DNA from: Candidatus Latescibacterota bacterium
Lineage (GTDB): Bacteria; Latescibacterota; UBA2968; UBA8231
Length of the DNA: 64,000 bases
Assembly: GCA_965204725.1 (NCBI GenBank)
Contig: OZ242005.1
Span: 3,456,001 to 3,520,000 of the forward strand
Reading direction: 5' to 3'
The notes under the pieces are model-generated. The model worked only from the letters and a program-made list of their open reading frames with translations, ran no database searches and was not told where the DNA came from. Of this stretch, positions 27,785-39,400 are shown piece after piece. The first letter of the stretch is position 1. Each line of letters opens with the position of its first letter. The position numbers and the translations under genes were made by a program.

Positions 27785-29494
27785 TCAGTAGGTACGCTCT
27801 TGGGGCTGCCAGCGGGTAATGACGACATCTTGGTATTCAATGCGCGGCTCGCCATCGGTGCGAGACGCCAAGGAGTGGCAGAGGAAGTTTTCGTCATCGC
27901 GCTCCTCGTAGTCCGTGCGCGAATGCGAGCCACGCGACTCCCGACGCAAAAGCGCCGAGTGGGCCACGGCCTCGGCCACGTCGAGGAGCGAGCCCAGTTC
28001 CAAAGCAGTGGTTAGCTCGGTGTTGAAGACCGCTGAGCTGTCGTCAACCTTGACTCGAGTATAGCGTTCCTTGAGCTTGAGCAACTCGGCGCAGGTCGCC
28101 TCTAGGCTCTCCTGTTCGCGATAAATGCCCGCTCCTTGCTCCATCGCCTTTTGCAGATCCGTGCGAATGTCGGCAATTTTCTCGCGGCCTTCGTTTTTGA
28201 AAAACGCATTTTCAATCTGCTGCCACTCGTCGGCCGCCATCTTATCCAAGCTGCCGTCCGGCGGCATCTTGGCCTCCGCAGCATACTCGGCGGCATACCG
28301 GCCGGCCCGAGCGCCAAAGACCAATAGCTCAGACAGCGAGTTGGAACCGAGGCGATTGGCTCCGTTGATCGTGGCACAGGCTGTTTCCCCGGCCGCGTAC
28401 AAGCCCGGAATGGGCGTCGCCGTAGTAATGTCGGTGTGAATGCCGCCCATCATGTAGTGGACCACCGGGCGCACGGGCACCGGCTCATGCACGGGATCGA
28501 TGCCCACGTAGTTTTTGGTCAACTCGCGCACAAAGGGGATGCGCTCGTCGATTTTTTTTTCCCCCAAGTGCCGCAAATCAAGATGGACATAGGTCCCATA
28601 CTGGCCGGAAAAGACCCGACCGGCGCGCTCCTCGTGGACGAATGCCCGCGAAACCATGTCGCGCGGGCCTAACTCCATTTTGTCGGGCAGGTACTCACTG
28701 AGATAGCGGTCGCCCTTGTTGTTGATCAGATAGCCGCCCTCGCCGCGCGATGCCTCGGTCATCAGGATGCCCGTGCCCGGCAGCCCGGTGGGATGGTACT
28801 GCACAAATTCCATGTCCTTGAGTGGACAGCCCGCGCGGTAGGCCATGGACATGCCGTCGCCGGTCTTGATGGCGGCGTTGGTCGTAAAGGGAAAGATGCG
28901 CCCTCCGCCCCCCGTGCAGATGATTACGGCCTTGGCGGGAATCGCCTGCATGGCCCCTGAGCGCACGTTGATCGCTGTCACCCCGCAGGCCGCGCCGTTG
29001 TCGTCGAGCAGCAGCCGCGTCCCATACCACTCGTCGTAGCGATGGATGCGGTCGTACTGGAGCGAAGTCTGGAAAAGGGCGTGGAGCATGTGGAAGCCGG
29101 TCTTGTCGGCCGCGTACAGGGTGCGCTTGACCGACATGCCGCCGAAAGCGCGCACGCTGATTCGCCCATCGTCGTCGCGGCTCCAAGGGCAGCCCCAATG
29201 CTCCAACTGAATCAACTCGTCGCGGGCTTCCTCCACGAAGACCTCGACTACATCTTGGTCGGCGAGGAAGTCGCTGCCCTTAATGGTGTCGAAGGCATGG
29301 GAGTCGAAGCTGTCGTCGTCGCGCAGCACCGCCGCGGACCCGCCCTCGGCAGACACCGTGTGGCTGCGCATAGGGTACACTTTGGACACCAAGCCGACAC
29401 TGAGGTTTGGGTCGAGCTCGACGGCGGCAATCGCGGCCCGTAGCCCCGCGCCACCGCCGCCGATGATCAGGATGTCGTGTTTAGGTACGTTCAC
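27785..29494 (-). CDS. frdA: fumarate reductase flavoprotein subunit
   Basis: [44 protein letters not shown]. Confidence 0.92.
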   Translation of the reverse strand: MNVPKHDILIIGGGGAGLRAAIAAVELDPNLSVGLVSKVYPMRSHTVSAEGGSAAVLRDDDSFDSHAFDTIKGSDFLADQDVVEVFVEEARDELIQLEHWGCPWSRDDDGRISVRAFGGMSVKRTLYAADKTGFHMLHALFQTSLQYDRIHRYDEWYGTRLLLDDNGAACGVTAINVRSGAMQAIPAKAVIICTGGGGRIFPFTTNAAIKTGDGMSMAYRAGCPLKDMEFVQYHPTGLPGTGILMTEASRGEGGYLINNKGDRYLSEYLPDKMELGPRDMVSRAFVHEERAGRVFSGQYGTYVHLDLRHLGEKKIDERIPFVRELTKNYVGIDPVHEPVPVRPVVHYMMGGIHTDITTATPIPGLYAAGETACATINGANRLGSNSLSELLVFGARAGRYAAEYAAEAKMPPDGSLDKMAADEWQQIENAFFKNEGREKIADIRTDLQKAMEQGAGIYREQESLEATCAELLKLKERYTRVKVDDSSAVFNTELTTALELGSLLDVAEAVAHSALLRRESRGSHSRTDYEERDDENFLCHSLASRTDGEPRIEYQDVVITRWQPQERTY

Positions 29495-29640
29495 GAGAAA
29501 AGCTGCTTGATAAATGGTGCGTTGCTTGGGAAAAGCAAAGTTAAATCATATCTCCGCTGGGAGCAATTGCCTAGGCGCGGCGAGAGTACGCCGGGGCATG
29601 CAGCGCCCGCAGCCGAGCCGCTTCGCTTTGCAAAGCGGTG

Positions 29641-30009
29641 CTATTCATAGCCGTATTTTCTAACGGCGTCTTCATCAAAGCCCATAAAGTGCGCCAACTC
29701 GTGTACCAAGGTGGTTTCCACCTCCCGCGCCAACTCGCCCCGGTCGGGGAAGTCCTCCTCCAAAGGCCCCTGATAGAGCGCGATTACCGGCGGCAGGTCG
29801 CCGCTGTCTTCGAGGCGGCGCTCGGGTAAGGGCGTGCCCGTGAAAAGCCCGTAGAGCACTTCCTCGCGGTCGCCAGTGACCTCTTCAACCAGCTCGGGGT
29901 CGGGCCAGTCCTCAACGACGATGGCTAGGTTGTCCAGCGCTGTGCGGAACTCTGCCGGCAGGAGTTGGAGGGCCTTTTCCACCAGTTGCTCAAACGCACG
30001 GCGGCGCAC
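29641..30009 (-). CDS. zincin-like metallopeptidase family protein
   Basis: F..LV..AL..LP, LYGLF.G, TLVHELAHFMG; likely GTG start at 30009. Confidence 0.85.
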   Translation of the reverse strand: MRRRAFEQLVEKALQLLPAEFRTALDNLAIVVEDWPDPELVEEVTGDREEVLYGLFTGTPLPERRLEDSGDLPPVIALYQGPLEEDFPDRGELAREVETTLVHELAHFMGFDEDAVRKYGYE

Positions 30010-30016
30010 GGCAACG

Positions 30017-31156
30017 CTACCAATCGGCGACGCTGCCGTCGTTTTCGTAGCAGTATTCACCACCCAGTTCCTCTGTGTACTCTATCGTCTTTTCCGCCTC
30101 GGACTCGATCAGGTCAAACCCCAACCCGGGCTGGGTCGGCAGCGCAATGTGGCCGTCAACCACCTGCCAAGGCGCGACGAGTAGCCCTTCGCCCAACCCC
30201 TCGTCAACCTGTTCCTGCACGAGGAAATTGGGCACCACTGCATCGACCTGCATACAGGCGGCAAAGGCCACCGGGCCGATGGCGCAGTGCGGCATGATGT
30301 GGATGTAATAGACCTCGGCCATATTGGCGATCTTTTTTAGCTCGGTGATCCCGCCGGCGTGCGAGCCATCGGGTTGAATGTAAGAGACGGCCTGCTTTTC
30401 AAAGATCTCTCGGAACTCCCAGCGCGAGAGCAAGCGTTCCCCGGTGGCAATGGGAAAGGGGACGTGATCGGAGACCTCCTTTAGCGCATCGACATTCTCT
30501 TGCGGGATCGGCTCTTCGACGAACATCGGCCGCATCCCCGCGAGCTGGCCACACACCTCAATCGCCAGCCCAGGCGTCATCTTGCCGTGGAAGTCGAAGC
30601 ACAGCTCTACTTGGTCGCCGACCCATTCGCGCATGGTGTACGCGTCTTTGACAAAGGCGTCGATGCGTGCGGGGGGCTCGTGGGCGCGCCACGTACCGCC
30701 CGGCCCGGTCTTAAAGGCCGTGTAGCCTTTGGCCAACAGCATGTCGAGCCGCGCCCGAGCGGCTGCCAGTGCCGCGTCGGTCTGGCCGTGGATCCCCCAG
30801 TGCGCGTACACGCGAATCCGGTCGCGCACCGCCCCGCCCAAGAGCATATAGGCGGGGACATTGTAGTACTTACCGGCGATGTCCCACAGCGCCTGATCAA
30901 TGCCCGACAGCGCGCTCATCAGCACGTTGCCGCCGCGAAAAAAGGCCGAGCGATAGACGTGCTGCCAGTGGTGCTCAATGCGGAGCGGGTCCTTGCCGAC
31001 GAAGTACTCGGCCAACTCTTCCACCGCGGCCCAAGTGCTTTTGGGCTTGCCCTCCAGCGTGGTCTCGCCCCAGCCGACTAGACCGTTGTCCGTAGTAATT
31101 TTGACCAAGCGCATGCGCCGGCGCGGGAAAAACTGTTCGATCTGGGCAATTTTCAC
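30017..31156 (-). CDS. galactonate dehydratase-like enolase-superfamily enzyme
   Basis: GWGE, SGIDQALWDI, DFHG, EEP, ATGER, QPD.SHAGGITE. Confidence 0.85.
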   Translation of the reverse strand: MKIAQIEQFFPRRRMRLVKITTDNGLVGWGETTLEGKPKSTWAAVEELAEYFVGKDPLRIEHHWQHVYRSAFFRGGNVLMSALSGIDQALWDIAGKYYNVPAYMLLGGAVRDRIRVYAHWGIHGQTDAALAAARARLDMLLAKGYTAFKTGPGGTWRAHEPPARIDAFVKDAYTMREWVGDQVELCFDFHGKMTPGLAIEVCGQLAGMRPMFVEEPIPQENVDALKEVSDHVPFPIATGERLLSRWEFREIFEKQAVSYIQPDGSHAGGITELKKIANMAEVYYIHIMPHCAIGPVAFAACMQVDAVVPNFLVQEQVDEGLGEGLLVAPWQVVDGHIALPTQPGLGFDLIESEAEKTIEYTEELGGEYCYENDGSVADW

Positions 31157-31171
31157 CGTCTAGTCCTTTCG

Positions 31172-32893
31172 CTAATGGGCCTCGCGCGTCACAACCGCAC
31201 TGGACTTGCCAACCAAAAAGTCGAAGTCAACTCCGGTGTCGGCCTGCATCACGTGGTTGATGTAGAGGCTGACGTAGCCTCGGGTATCGTGGGGTGCGGG
31301 GGGCTGCCAAGCCGCTCGGCGGCGCGCCAACTCGTCGCCCGACACGTCGAGGTGTAGCCGCCGGCTCGCCACATCGAGTTCGATCAGGTCGCCATCGCGC
31401 ACCAGCGCCAGCGAGCCGCCAATGGCCGCTTCGGGAGCCACATGCAAGATCACGGTGCCGTAGGCCGTGCCGCTCATGCGGCCATCGGAAATCCGCACCA
31501 TGTCCCGGACGCCCTTTTCGAGCAGCTTCTTGGGCAATCCCACATTGCCTACCTCGGCCATGCCCGGATAGCCAACCGGCCCGACGTTTTGCAAGACCAA
31601 TACGCTCGACTCATCCACGTCCAAATCGCGGCTGTCGATCCGTTGGTGATAGTCCTCAATCGTTTTGAAGACCACCGCTCGGCCGCGGTGCTGCATCAGC
31701 TCGGGCGAGGCGGCCGACGGCTTGATGATCGCCCCGTCCTCGCAGAGGTTGCCCCGGAGCACGGCCAAGCCCGCGGCCTGGATCAGGGGGTCGCTTAGCG
31801 GCGCAATCACGTCGCGCGTGTAGCAGACCGCCCCGGCGACATTCTCCCCGAGCGACTGGCCCGTCGCCGTCAAAGCACCCAGATGCAAAAAATCCTTCAA
31901 CTCCTGAATCACCACCGGCAAGCCACCGGCGTAATAGAAATCCTCCATCAGATACTGGCCGGCGGGCATCAAATTGACCAACAGCGGCAACTCGCTACCG
32001 AGGCGGTCGAAGTCGTCCAAGGACAACTCGACGCCGACGCGCCCGGCGAGGGCCAGCAAGTGAACGACGCAGTTGGTCGAGCCACCGATGGCCGCGTTGA
32101 CCTTGATGGCGTTCTCAAAGGCTTCGCGCCCGAGGATGGCAGACATCTTGAGGTCTTCGCGGACCATCTCGACGATGCGCGATCCCGCTAAATGCGCCAG
32201 CACCTTGCGCCGCGAGTCTGGGGCCGGGATCGCCGCGCCGCCGGGCAGGGTCATGCCGAGGGCCTCGACCATACAGGCCATCGTCGATGCCGTGCCCATA
32301 GTCATGCAGTGACCATCCGAGCGCGTCATGCCGTCCTCGGCCAGCCCAAATTCTTCGCGCGTCATCTTGCCGGCGCGCAGGTCTTCGCTAAACTTCCACA
32401 CGTCCGTTCCCGAGCCAATATCGCGGCCGCGATACTTGCCGTTGAGCATGGGACCACCCGGCACGACAAGGGTCGGCAAATCTACGCTCGCCGCCCCCAT
32501 CAAGCACGCCGGCGTGGTCTTGTCGCACCCTGTTAAGAGCACCACGCCGTCAACCGGATTGGCGCGAATGCACTCCTCCACATCCATGCTCGCCAAGTTG
32601 CGGAAGAGCATGGTCGTCGGGCGCATGATGGGCTCGCCCAGCGAGGTGACCGGGAATTCTACGGGCACTCCCCCCGCTTCGTACACGCCTCGTTTGACGG
32701 CTTCGGCCAAGTCGCGGAAGTGAATGTTGCACGGCGTCAGTTCGGACCACGTGTTGCAGATGCCGATGACCGGCCGACCGTCGAATTCGTGCTCGGGCAG
32801 GCCGCGCTTCATCCAACTGCGGTGAATGAACCCACCTTTGTCCTCGCGTCCAAACCAGTCGGCACTCCTCAATTTTCCCTGATCTGCTGCCAT
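31172..32893 (-). CDS. IlvD/Edd family sugar-acid dehydratase (arabinonate/xylonate type)
   Basis: TWSELTPCN, GCDKT, GHCMTMGTAS, ISDGRMSGT, HVAPEA; ATG at 32893. Confidence 0.88.
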   Translation of the reverse strand: MAADQGKLRSADWFGREDKGGFIHRSWMKRGLPEHEFDGRPVIGICNTWSELTPCNIHFRDLAEAVKRGVYEAGGVPVEFPVTSLGEPIMRPTTMLFRNLASMDVEECIRANPVDGVVLLTGCDKTTPACLMGAASVDLPTLVVPGGPMLNGKYRGRDIGSGTDVWKFSEDLRAGKMTREEFGLAEDGMTRSDGHCMTMGTASTMACMVEALGMTLPGGAAIPAPDSRRKVLAHLAGSRIVEMVREDLKMSAILGREAFENAIKVNAAIGGSTNCVVHLLALAGRVGVELSLDDFDRLGSELPLLVNLMPAGQYLMEDFYYAGGLPVVIQELKDFLHLGALTATGQSLGENVAGAVCYTRDVIAPLSDPLIQAAGLAVLRGNLCEDGAIIKPSAASPELMQHRGRAVVFKTIEDYHQRIDSRDLDVDESSVLVLQNVGPVGYPGMAEVGNVGLPKKLLEKGVRDMVRISDGRMSGTAYGTVILHVAPEAAIGGSLALVRDGDLIELDVASRRLHLDVSGDELARRRAAWQPPAPHDTRGYVSLYINHVMQADTGVDFDFLVGKSSAVVTREAH

Positions 32894-33022
32894 TAAATTC
32901 TCCCCTGATTTATTTTTGTACCAGCAACGAGGCAATCAATCTAGGCGATCTCCTCGCTCCCGCAATACTATATATTAGTTACTGATGGTACGCATGTTGC
33001 ACACTCCGCCTTGAAAGACGAT

Positions 33023-33877
33023 ATGGATCTCAAACGCATTGCCGTCATTGGGGCTGGCACGATGGGGCGCGGCATTGCCCAAGTTTTGGCCCAAGCTAAC
33101 CGGGAGGTTCTGCTCTATGACGCAGACCCCCGCACCTGCAAACAGGGGGTGGCCGGCATCGCCGCCCGCCTGCGCCAACAAACCGCCAAAGGTCGGCTGT
33201 CGTCGGCCGCTAGCGAAGCAGCCATCGCGGCACTGCGGGGCATCAACCACCTCGCGGCCATCGGCGACGCCGACATGGTCGTCGAAGCGGTGCCCGAGCA
33301 CCTAGCACTCAAGCGCGCTGTTTTTGCCCAGCTCGGGCAGTTGGCCGGGCCGGAGGCCATTCTCGCCAGCAATACCTCCGGCCTCGACATCAACGCGCTG
33401 GCCGCGGCGGCCGGGCGGCCAAGCAAGGTAATTGGCATGCACTTCTTTAACCCCCCTCCGACCATGCCCCTAGTCGAAATAGTCCGGGCCACCGCGACCT
33501 CCGACGCGACCGTTGCCGCGGTCACGGCCTTGGCCCAAGACCTAGGCAAAACTCCGGTCGCGGTCGCCAACAGCCCGGGTTTTGCGGTCAACCGCATCCT
33601 CTTTCCCATGATCAATGAGGCCATCTACGCCCTAGCCGAAGGCGTGGCCAGTCCCGAAGACATTGACCGGGTGATGGTGCTGGGGGCGAGCCATCCCCTA
33701 GGGCCGCTAGCCTTAGCCGACTACGTCGGCCTCGACGTGACGTTGGACATCCTCGAGTCGCTTGCCCAGCGTCTAGACCCCTCCAAATACCGCCCCTGCC
33801 CCTTGCTGCGCGAGATGGTCGCGCAAGGCGCGTTGGGTCGCAAGACGGGTCGGGGATTTTTCTCCTACCCGAGATAA
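33023..33877 (+). CDS. 3-hydroxybutyryl/3-hydroxyacyl-CoA dehydrogenase
   Basis: GAGTMG.GI, EAVPE, SNTS, GMHFFNP, HPLGPL.L.D..GLD, GRKTGRGF. Confidence 0.9.
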   Translation: MDLKRIAVIGAGTMGRGIAQVLAQANREVLLYDADPRTCKQGVAGIAARLRQQTAKGRLSSAASEAAIAALRGINHLAAIGDADMVVEAVPEHLALKRAVFAQLGQLAGPEAILASNTSGLDINALAAAAGRPSKVIGMHFFNPPPTMPLVEIVRATATSDATVAAVTALAQDLGKTPVAVANSPGFAVNRILFPMINEAIYALAEGVASPEDIDRVMVLGASHPLGPLALADYVGLDVTLDILESLAQRLDPSKYRPCPLLREMVAQGALGRKTGRGFFSYPR

Positions 33878-33887
33878 CGAAGCACCG

Positions 33888-34397
33888 ATGTTGCACCTCC
33901 TCATCTTCTTGTGCGTCCTCGCCACCTGTAGCTGCTCAATCCGCTCGGCGCCGCGTTATACGGCCGACGCCACGGATTCGGACAGCGTGGTGCGCGAACT
34001 CAAACAACGCCGCCGCGCCAGCCCCAGCCGCCTCACTCGCGTCGTCGAAGGGTATCTCGGCGTACCCTACAAGTGGGGCGGCACCACCCGCGCTGGCATG
34101 GACTGCTCGGCCTTTACCCGCACCATTTTCCGCCAAACTTATGGCATTGAATTGCCGCGTACCGCTAGGCAGATATACCGCGTCGGCCGCACGGTCAGCC
34201 GACGGCAGGATCTCAAACCGGGGGATCTGGTTTTCTTTCAGAATACCTTTTCAGGGCGGGGCGTTTCGCACGTTGGGATTTACCTCGGCAAGGGGCGTTT
34301 CGCCCATGCGGGCGTGAGCACCGGCGTGACCATTACCTCGCTCAACCACCCTTACTTCCACGCTCGCTATGTCGGCGCCCGGCGCGTCGGGCGATAA
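33888..34397 (+). CDS. NlpC/P60 (C40) peptidase lipoprotein
   Basis: LGVPYKWGG, DCS, PGDLVFF, SHVGIY, F.HA. Confidence 0.92.
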   Translation: MLHLLIFLCVLATCSCSIRSAPRYTADATDSDSVVRELKQRRRASPSRLTRVVEGYLGVPYKWGGTTRAGMDCSAFTRTIFRQTYGIELPRTARQIYRVGRTVSRRQDLKPGDLVFFQNTFSGRGVSHVGIYLGKGRFAHAGVSTGVTITSLNHPYFHARYVGARRVGR

Positions 34398-34398
34398 G

Positions 34399-35730
34399 GT
34401 GCAGCGCGGCTTACTTTTCTCGGCCTGTGCCATAGAGGCTTGTTGCTGCTACTTGGTCTCCCGCGGCGATCTCCAGCACCAGATCGGCGCTCTGTGGGCC
34501 GGGGTCTTTCCCGCTTTTCTCTGCTGGGCGGGCGCGGCGTATCTCGTGCTGCGGCGAGGCGCGTCCCCCGGGCGACCGCACCTGATTCTCGGAGCCGCCC
34601 TCGTCTTCCGCCTGACGCTGTGGTGGAGCCCAGCGACGCTCTCGGACGACGTTTTCCGCTACATCTGGGATGGCCGCGTCCAGCTAGCCGGCATCAACCC
34701 ATACCTCTACGCGCCCTCGGCCCCGCAGGTGGCGCACCTGCGCGACGCCCTCTACCCCAGCGTCAACCACGCCGCCATTCCCACGATTTATCCGCCGCTC
34801 GCCCAGCTTTTCTTTCGAGCGATTTGCCTGCTCAGCGCGACGCCGGCCGCGTTCAAATTGGCCCTGCTCCTGTGCGATTGGGGCCTTTGCCTGCTCTTGG
34901 CACACATCCTCGTCCGGCGCGGCCAAGACCCGCGTCGCGTCGTGCTCTACGCTTGGAACCCCCTGCCCCTCGTCGAGGTCGCCGGCAGCGGCCATATTGA
35001 CGCGCTCGGCGTTCTGATCCTCTTCGCGGCCCTGTACGCCCTCCACAGTCAGCGCTGGGCCGCGGCCGTCTGTGCCCTCGCCGGGGCCTTTCTCGTCAAA
35101 CTAGTGCCCCTCGTGCTGTTGCCCACTTTTTGGCGTCGGCCGCGCGCTGCTTGGTTCAACTTCCGCAAGCGGAGTGCCCTACTGCTGTTTCCAGCGCTGG
35201 GGCTATTGGCCTTTTGGCCCTTTGCCAGCGCCGGGGAAAAACTCGCGACCGGGCTGCTGACCTACGTGCAACACTGGCACTTCAACGCGGCGGCCTACTC
35301 GCTCTTTCGCTTTGCCCTCCAGCCGTGGGACGGCCACGCCTACGCACACGCTCGCTGGCTCTGCACCGCCCTTTTCGCCCTCGTGGCTCTCGGCGTCCAA
35401 ATCCGCTACCGAGACCCCTACCGAGCCGCCTTTGCAACCCTCGGGGCATACATCTTGCTCTCGCCGACCGTGCATCCTTGGTACTTGCTCTGGGTCCTGC
35501 CGTTCCTCGCCTTTTTCCCCAGCCCCGCTTGGATGCTCCTCAGCGGCTTGATCTTCCTCGCTTACGAGGTGCAAATCGGCTATGGCAGCAGCGGCGTGTG
35601 GCGAGAAAAGCCGTGGGTACTGTGGGCGCAATACGCGCCTTTTTACTTGCTCCTGTGCGGTGCCGAACTGGCCCGTCGCTGGGGATCTCGGCCTCGGCAT
35701 GGGCTTTACGGCCCAAAGGCGAAAAGGTAA
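34399..35730 (+). CDS. GT-C membrane glycosyltransferase (GT87-like)
   Basis: LSDDVFRYIWDG, GINPY, TIYPP, WNPL..E, GH.D, VHPWY; multiple TM segments. Confidence 0.82.
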   Translation: MQRGLLFSACAIEACCCYLVSRGDLQHQIGALWAGVFPAFLCWAGAAYLVLRRGASPGRPHLILGAALVFRLTLWWSPATLSDDVFRYIWDGRVQLAGINPYLYAPSAPQVAHLRDALYPSVNHAAIPTIYPPLAQLFFRAICLLSATPAAFKLALLLCDWGLCLLLAHILVRRGQDPRRVVLYAWNPLPLVEVAGSGHIDALGVLILFAALYALHSQRWAAAVCALAGAFLVKLVPLVLLPTFWRRPRAAWFNFRKRSALLLFPALGLLAFWPFASAGEKLATGLLTYVQHWHFNAAAYSLFRFALQPWDGHAYAHARWLCTALFALVALGVQIRYRDPYRAAFATLGAYILLSPTVHPWYLLWVLPFLAFFPSPAWMLLSGLIFLAYEVQIGYGSSGVWREKPWVLWAQYAPFYLLLCGAELARRWGSRPRHGLYGPKAKR

Positions 35731-35860
35731 GTTTAACGTGGGCAGCTAGCCCGAGAGAATCGCCGGAAACAGAACGGCGATTGCTTAGTCTGTAAGGATA
35801 CGCTATGTACCACCCGATATGGCGCGAGGCGACCACCCCCTCGCGCTAGGAAAGTTGCGC

Positions 35861-36430
35861 GTGAACTGCTCCACAAAAAATACACTCGGCCTCGTGGCCT
35901 TGGGCTTGGCTGCGCTGGGGCTACACGGCTGTCTCGAACTGGTGCGTCGGCCGCCAGCCGGCTACGAGCACTCCCGAGCGGCCGACACCACGGCCACGAG
36001 CGCGGCCATCGTCCAACCCGTGCCGCCGCTAGTCGTCGTAGATCGCCCCGAGCGCTCGCGCCAGCAGTTGCAAGACATTGAGCAGGTCAACAAATACGCG
36101 CTCTGGTGCATTGAAAACGCCATGTGGAACGAGGCCCAATCGCACCTCGAACGCGCCCTAGCGCAAGACAGCTTGGCGGCCAGCCTGCACAACAACCTCG
36201 GGGTCGTCTATGAGCGACTCGGCCTGACCGACAAAGCCGCTCAATTCTACGGCCGGGCAGCAGCCCTCAATCCCGCCCAAGCAGCGTATGCCGCCAATTT
36301 GCGCCACTTGCAACAATACCAGCAGGCCAGCCACGACTCCACAGGCTCACTTGATATATTCAAGCTGGGCGATGGCCTGCCACCGCGGACCAGACGCCCG
36401 GACAATTCACCTCCATCCACGGGAGAGTAA
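35861..36430 (+). CDS. TPR lipoprotein
   Basis: LHGC lipobox; A..HLERAL..., LHNNLGVVYE..G...A...Y..A..LNP. Confidence 0.8.
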   Translation: MNCSTKNTLGLVALGLAALGLHGCLELVRRPPAGYEHSRAADTTATSAAIVQPVPPLVVVDRPERSRQQLQDIEQVNKYALWCIENAMWNEAQSHLERALAQDSLAASLHNNLGVVYERLGLTDKAAQFYGRAAALNPAQAAYAANLRHLQQYQQASHDSTGSLDIFKLGDGLPPRTRRPDNSPPSTGE

Positions 36431-36432
36431 CC

Positions 36433-39400
36433 GTGCAGGCTATAACGACATTCCGCCTCCTCGCCTGCGCCGCCCTGCTCGCTTGGGGCGCCGCAGACCT
36501 CGGCGCCCAAGACATCCTCACCTCGCAGTTGCAGCAGGGGTTCGGGAAAAACAAGGTCCGCTACCGCGACTTCCAGTGGGAGATACTCGAAAGCGAGCAC
36601 ATCGAGCTTCACTTTGAGTCCGAATTTCAGAATCTGGCCGTGCGGGCAATCGAGTACCTCGAAGAGGGCTACGATCACATCAGCCAAATCCTGCACCACG
36701 AGCTTTCGCACCGGCCGCCGGTCGTCATCTATCAGTCTCACTACCAGTTCCAGCAGACCAATATCTTTCCCGACTTTCTGCCCCCCGGCGTCGCCGGCTT
36801 TGCCGAGCCGCTGCGCTTCCGCATGGTCGTCCCCTTTGCCGGCGATCTCGACGAGTTCCGCAACGTCCTCGTCCACGAGTTGACCCACATTTTCCAGTAC
36901 GACATCGTTCACAAAGGCCCCATTCGCCGCATCACCAGCCCGATTGTCCAGCCGCCTACTTGGCTGATGGAGGGCATGGCCGAATACACCACCCCGGGCC
37001 GCAATACTATCGACGAAATGGTCCTCCGCGACGCCGTGCTCACTGACGGCCTCATCCCCCTCGAAACCATGAATCAGGCTTGGGGCCAAGGCAACGTATT
37101 CCTCGCATACAAGCAGAGCCACTCGCTCATGGAATACATTGCCCAGCAGTACGGTCCCGAAAAAATCAGCCGCATCCTCCGCTTGTGGGACAGCCAGCAC
37201 GACACCGACAAGCTCATGGATCGCCTGATTGGCATGGATTTAAAGACCCTCGACGAGCGTTGGTCGGCCCAGATGCGCAAAACCTACTGGCCCCTCTTGC
37301 AGACGCGCGACTACACCTCCGAATTTGCCGAGAAAATAGGCGACGACGAGGATACCCATAGCTTCTCCAGCGCCTGCTGGTCGCTCAGCGGCGACATGCT
37401 CGCCGTCCATTCCTCAGACGGGATCGAGCAGCACATCGATATCATCCGCCTGCGCGACGCCTCGCTCGTCGAGCGCGTCACCGGGAGCATGCGGGCCGCC
37501 AACTACGATCACCTCAGCATCGGCAGCGGCACTGTGGCGTGGGCACCGGACGGCCAGACCATCGCCTTTGTCGCCAAAGAAGGCCCCCGCGACCGCATCA
37601 TGCTGTGGGATCTCTACGACAAGAAGCTCGTGCAGACCCTGACCCTGCCCGATATGGATCTCGTCGAGAGCCTAGCGTGGGCACCCGACAGCCGCCAACT
37701 CGCCTTTATCGGCACCGGACAGGGCCAGAGCGATCTCTACCTCATAGACGTGCAGACCAGCGAGCGGCGTCAGCTCACCGGCACGCCCGAGCGCGAAGAT
37801 TATCCGAATTGGTCGCCCGACGGGCAGCGCATCGCCTTTAGCACCAAGTACCGCAACCAGTTCGACATCAAAATTTACGATCTAACCGAGGACGCGGCGC
37901 ACACAGCCGTATCCAGCCCCACCGACGATCTGTGGCCGCAGTGGCTGCCCGAAGGCAACAAGCTGCTCTTCGTCTCCACCCGCGACAAGATCAACGATCT
38001 CTTCGTCTATCACCTCGACGAGGGCCGCGAATTCCGCCTGACCCGCAGCCTCAGCGGCATTATGAATCCCGCCCTTTCGCCCGACGGGCGGCAGATTGTG
38101 TTCAACACCTACTTCAAGGGCCGCAGCCATCTCTACCGCATGGCCATGCCCGAATGGCCCGAGGTCAAGCGCAAAGACGCCCTCCTGCTGGCGCGCGTAG
38201 CCGAGGCCGAAGTCGAACCGCCAGCCGCCGAGCCCCCAACCCCAGAGCCGCCCCCGACGCCGACGCGGCCCGTGGTACAGGGCGACGCCGCGCTCTCCGA
38301 TCAAGGCGGCATCCCCGGCCTAGGGCAAGTCGCGGCCCTGAAGGATCGGGCACTCTCGGACGATGCCGTGCTCCTAGCCGGGGCCAGCGGCCCGCTGCCG
38401 CCCGCCGAATCCCCAGCACCACAAGCCGCCGTCCCACTCGACGCCGACGGCGAATTGGAGCTGCGCCGACGCCGCTACACCCCCAAGCTCGAATTTGACG
38501 GCATCTCCTTGCAGATGGGCTATTTTGATGGGTTCCTGTCGTCAATTGCCCAACTGGGCATGAGCGACCTTTTGGGCAATCACTCGCTGGTAGTAGCCAC
38601 GGATTACGTCGCCGCCCAAGACATCAGCAACGACTTCAACTTTGCTGCCAGCTACAAATACTACGGCAAGCGGCCCACCTACCGCGCATCCATTTTCAAT
38701 TGGAACCAGTACTTTATCAACGAGCGCAACTTCATCGTTCAAGGCCGTCCCCCCACTCGGGGCATTAGCCGTCTCCAGCAGCGCGGTGCCCTAGCCAACG
38801 CCAGCTATCCGCTCGACCTCTACCGCCGCCTCGACCTGAGCTATACCTATGTCGGCGAGCAAAGAGAACAGGTCAGTCCCTTCTACGAAGCCGATTCCAC
38901 TTCTGTTACCAGCACGCACCTGTTCAAGACCGCATACGTCCACGACTCCATTACCTACGGTCTTTTGGGGGCCACGGCTGGCAAGCGCTACTTCCTCTCG
39001 GTGGGGCGGACGCTCGACCTCGGGTCGGCCACGCGCTCTTTCTCGCACCTCGAATTGGACTATCGCCACTACGTGCGGCTGGGGCGTTGGTCCGTGCTGG
39101 GGCTGCGGGCCTATGGCGTGGGGTCTTTGGGCCGCAACGCCCTCCAATACAACTTAGGGGGGCCGATTTGGTACTTGCCCTTCTACACGGGCTTCAATCT
39201 CAACACCGGCCCCCTGCGCGGCTATCCGTTCTCGGCCTTCGCCGGCAGCCGGGTCTTGCTGACCAATGTCGAACTGCGCGTTCCCTTTGTGCGCGGCATC
39301 CTCTTTGGCTGGCCCGGCACCTTCCTGATTCCAGCGGTTGACGGCAGCCTGTTTATGGATATGGGCATGGTTTGGGACCAAGACGACGAAATCGACCTAT

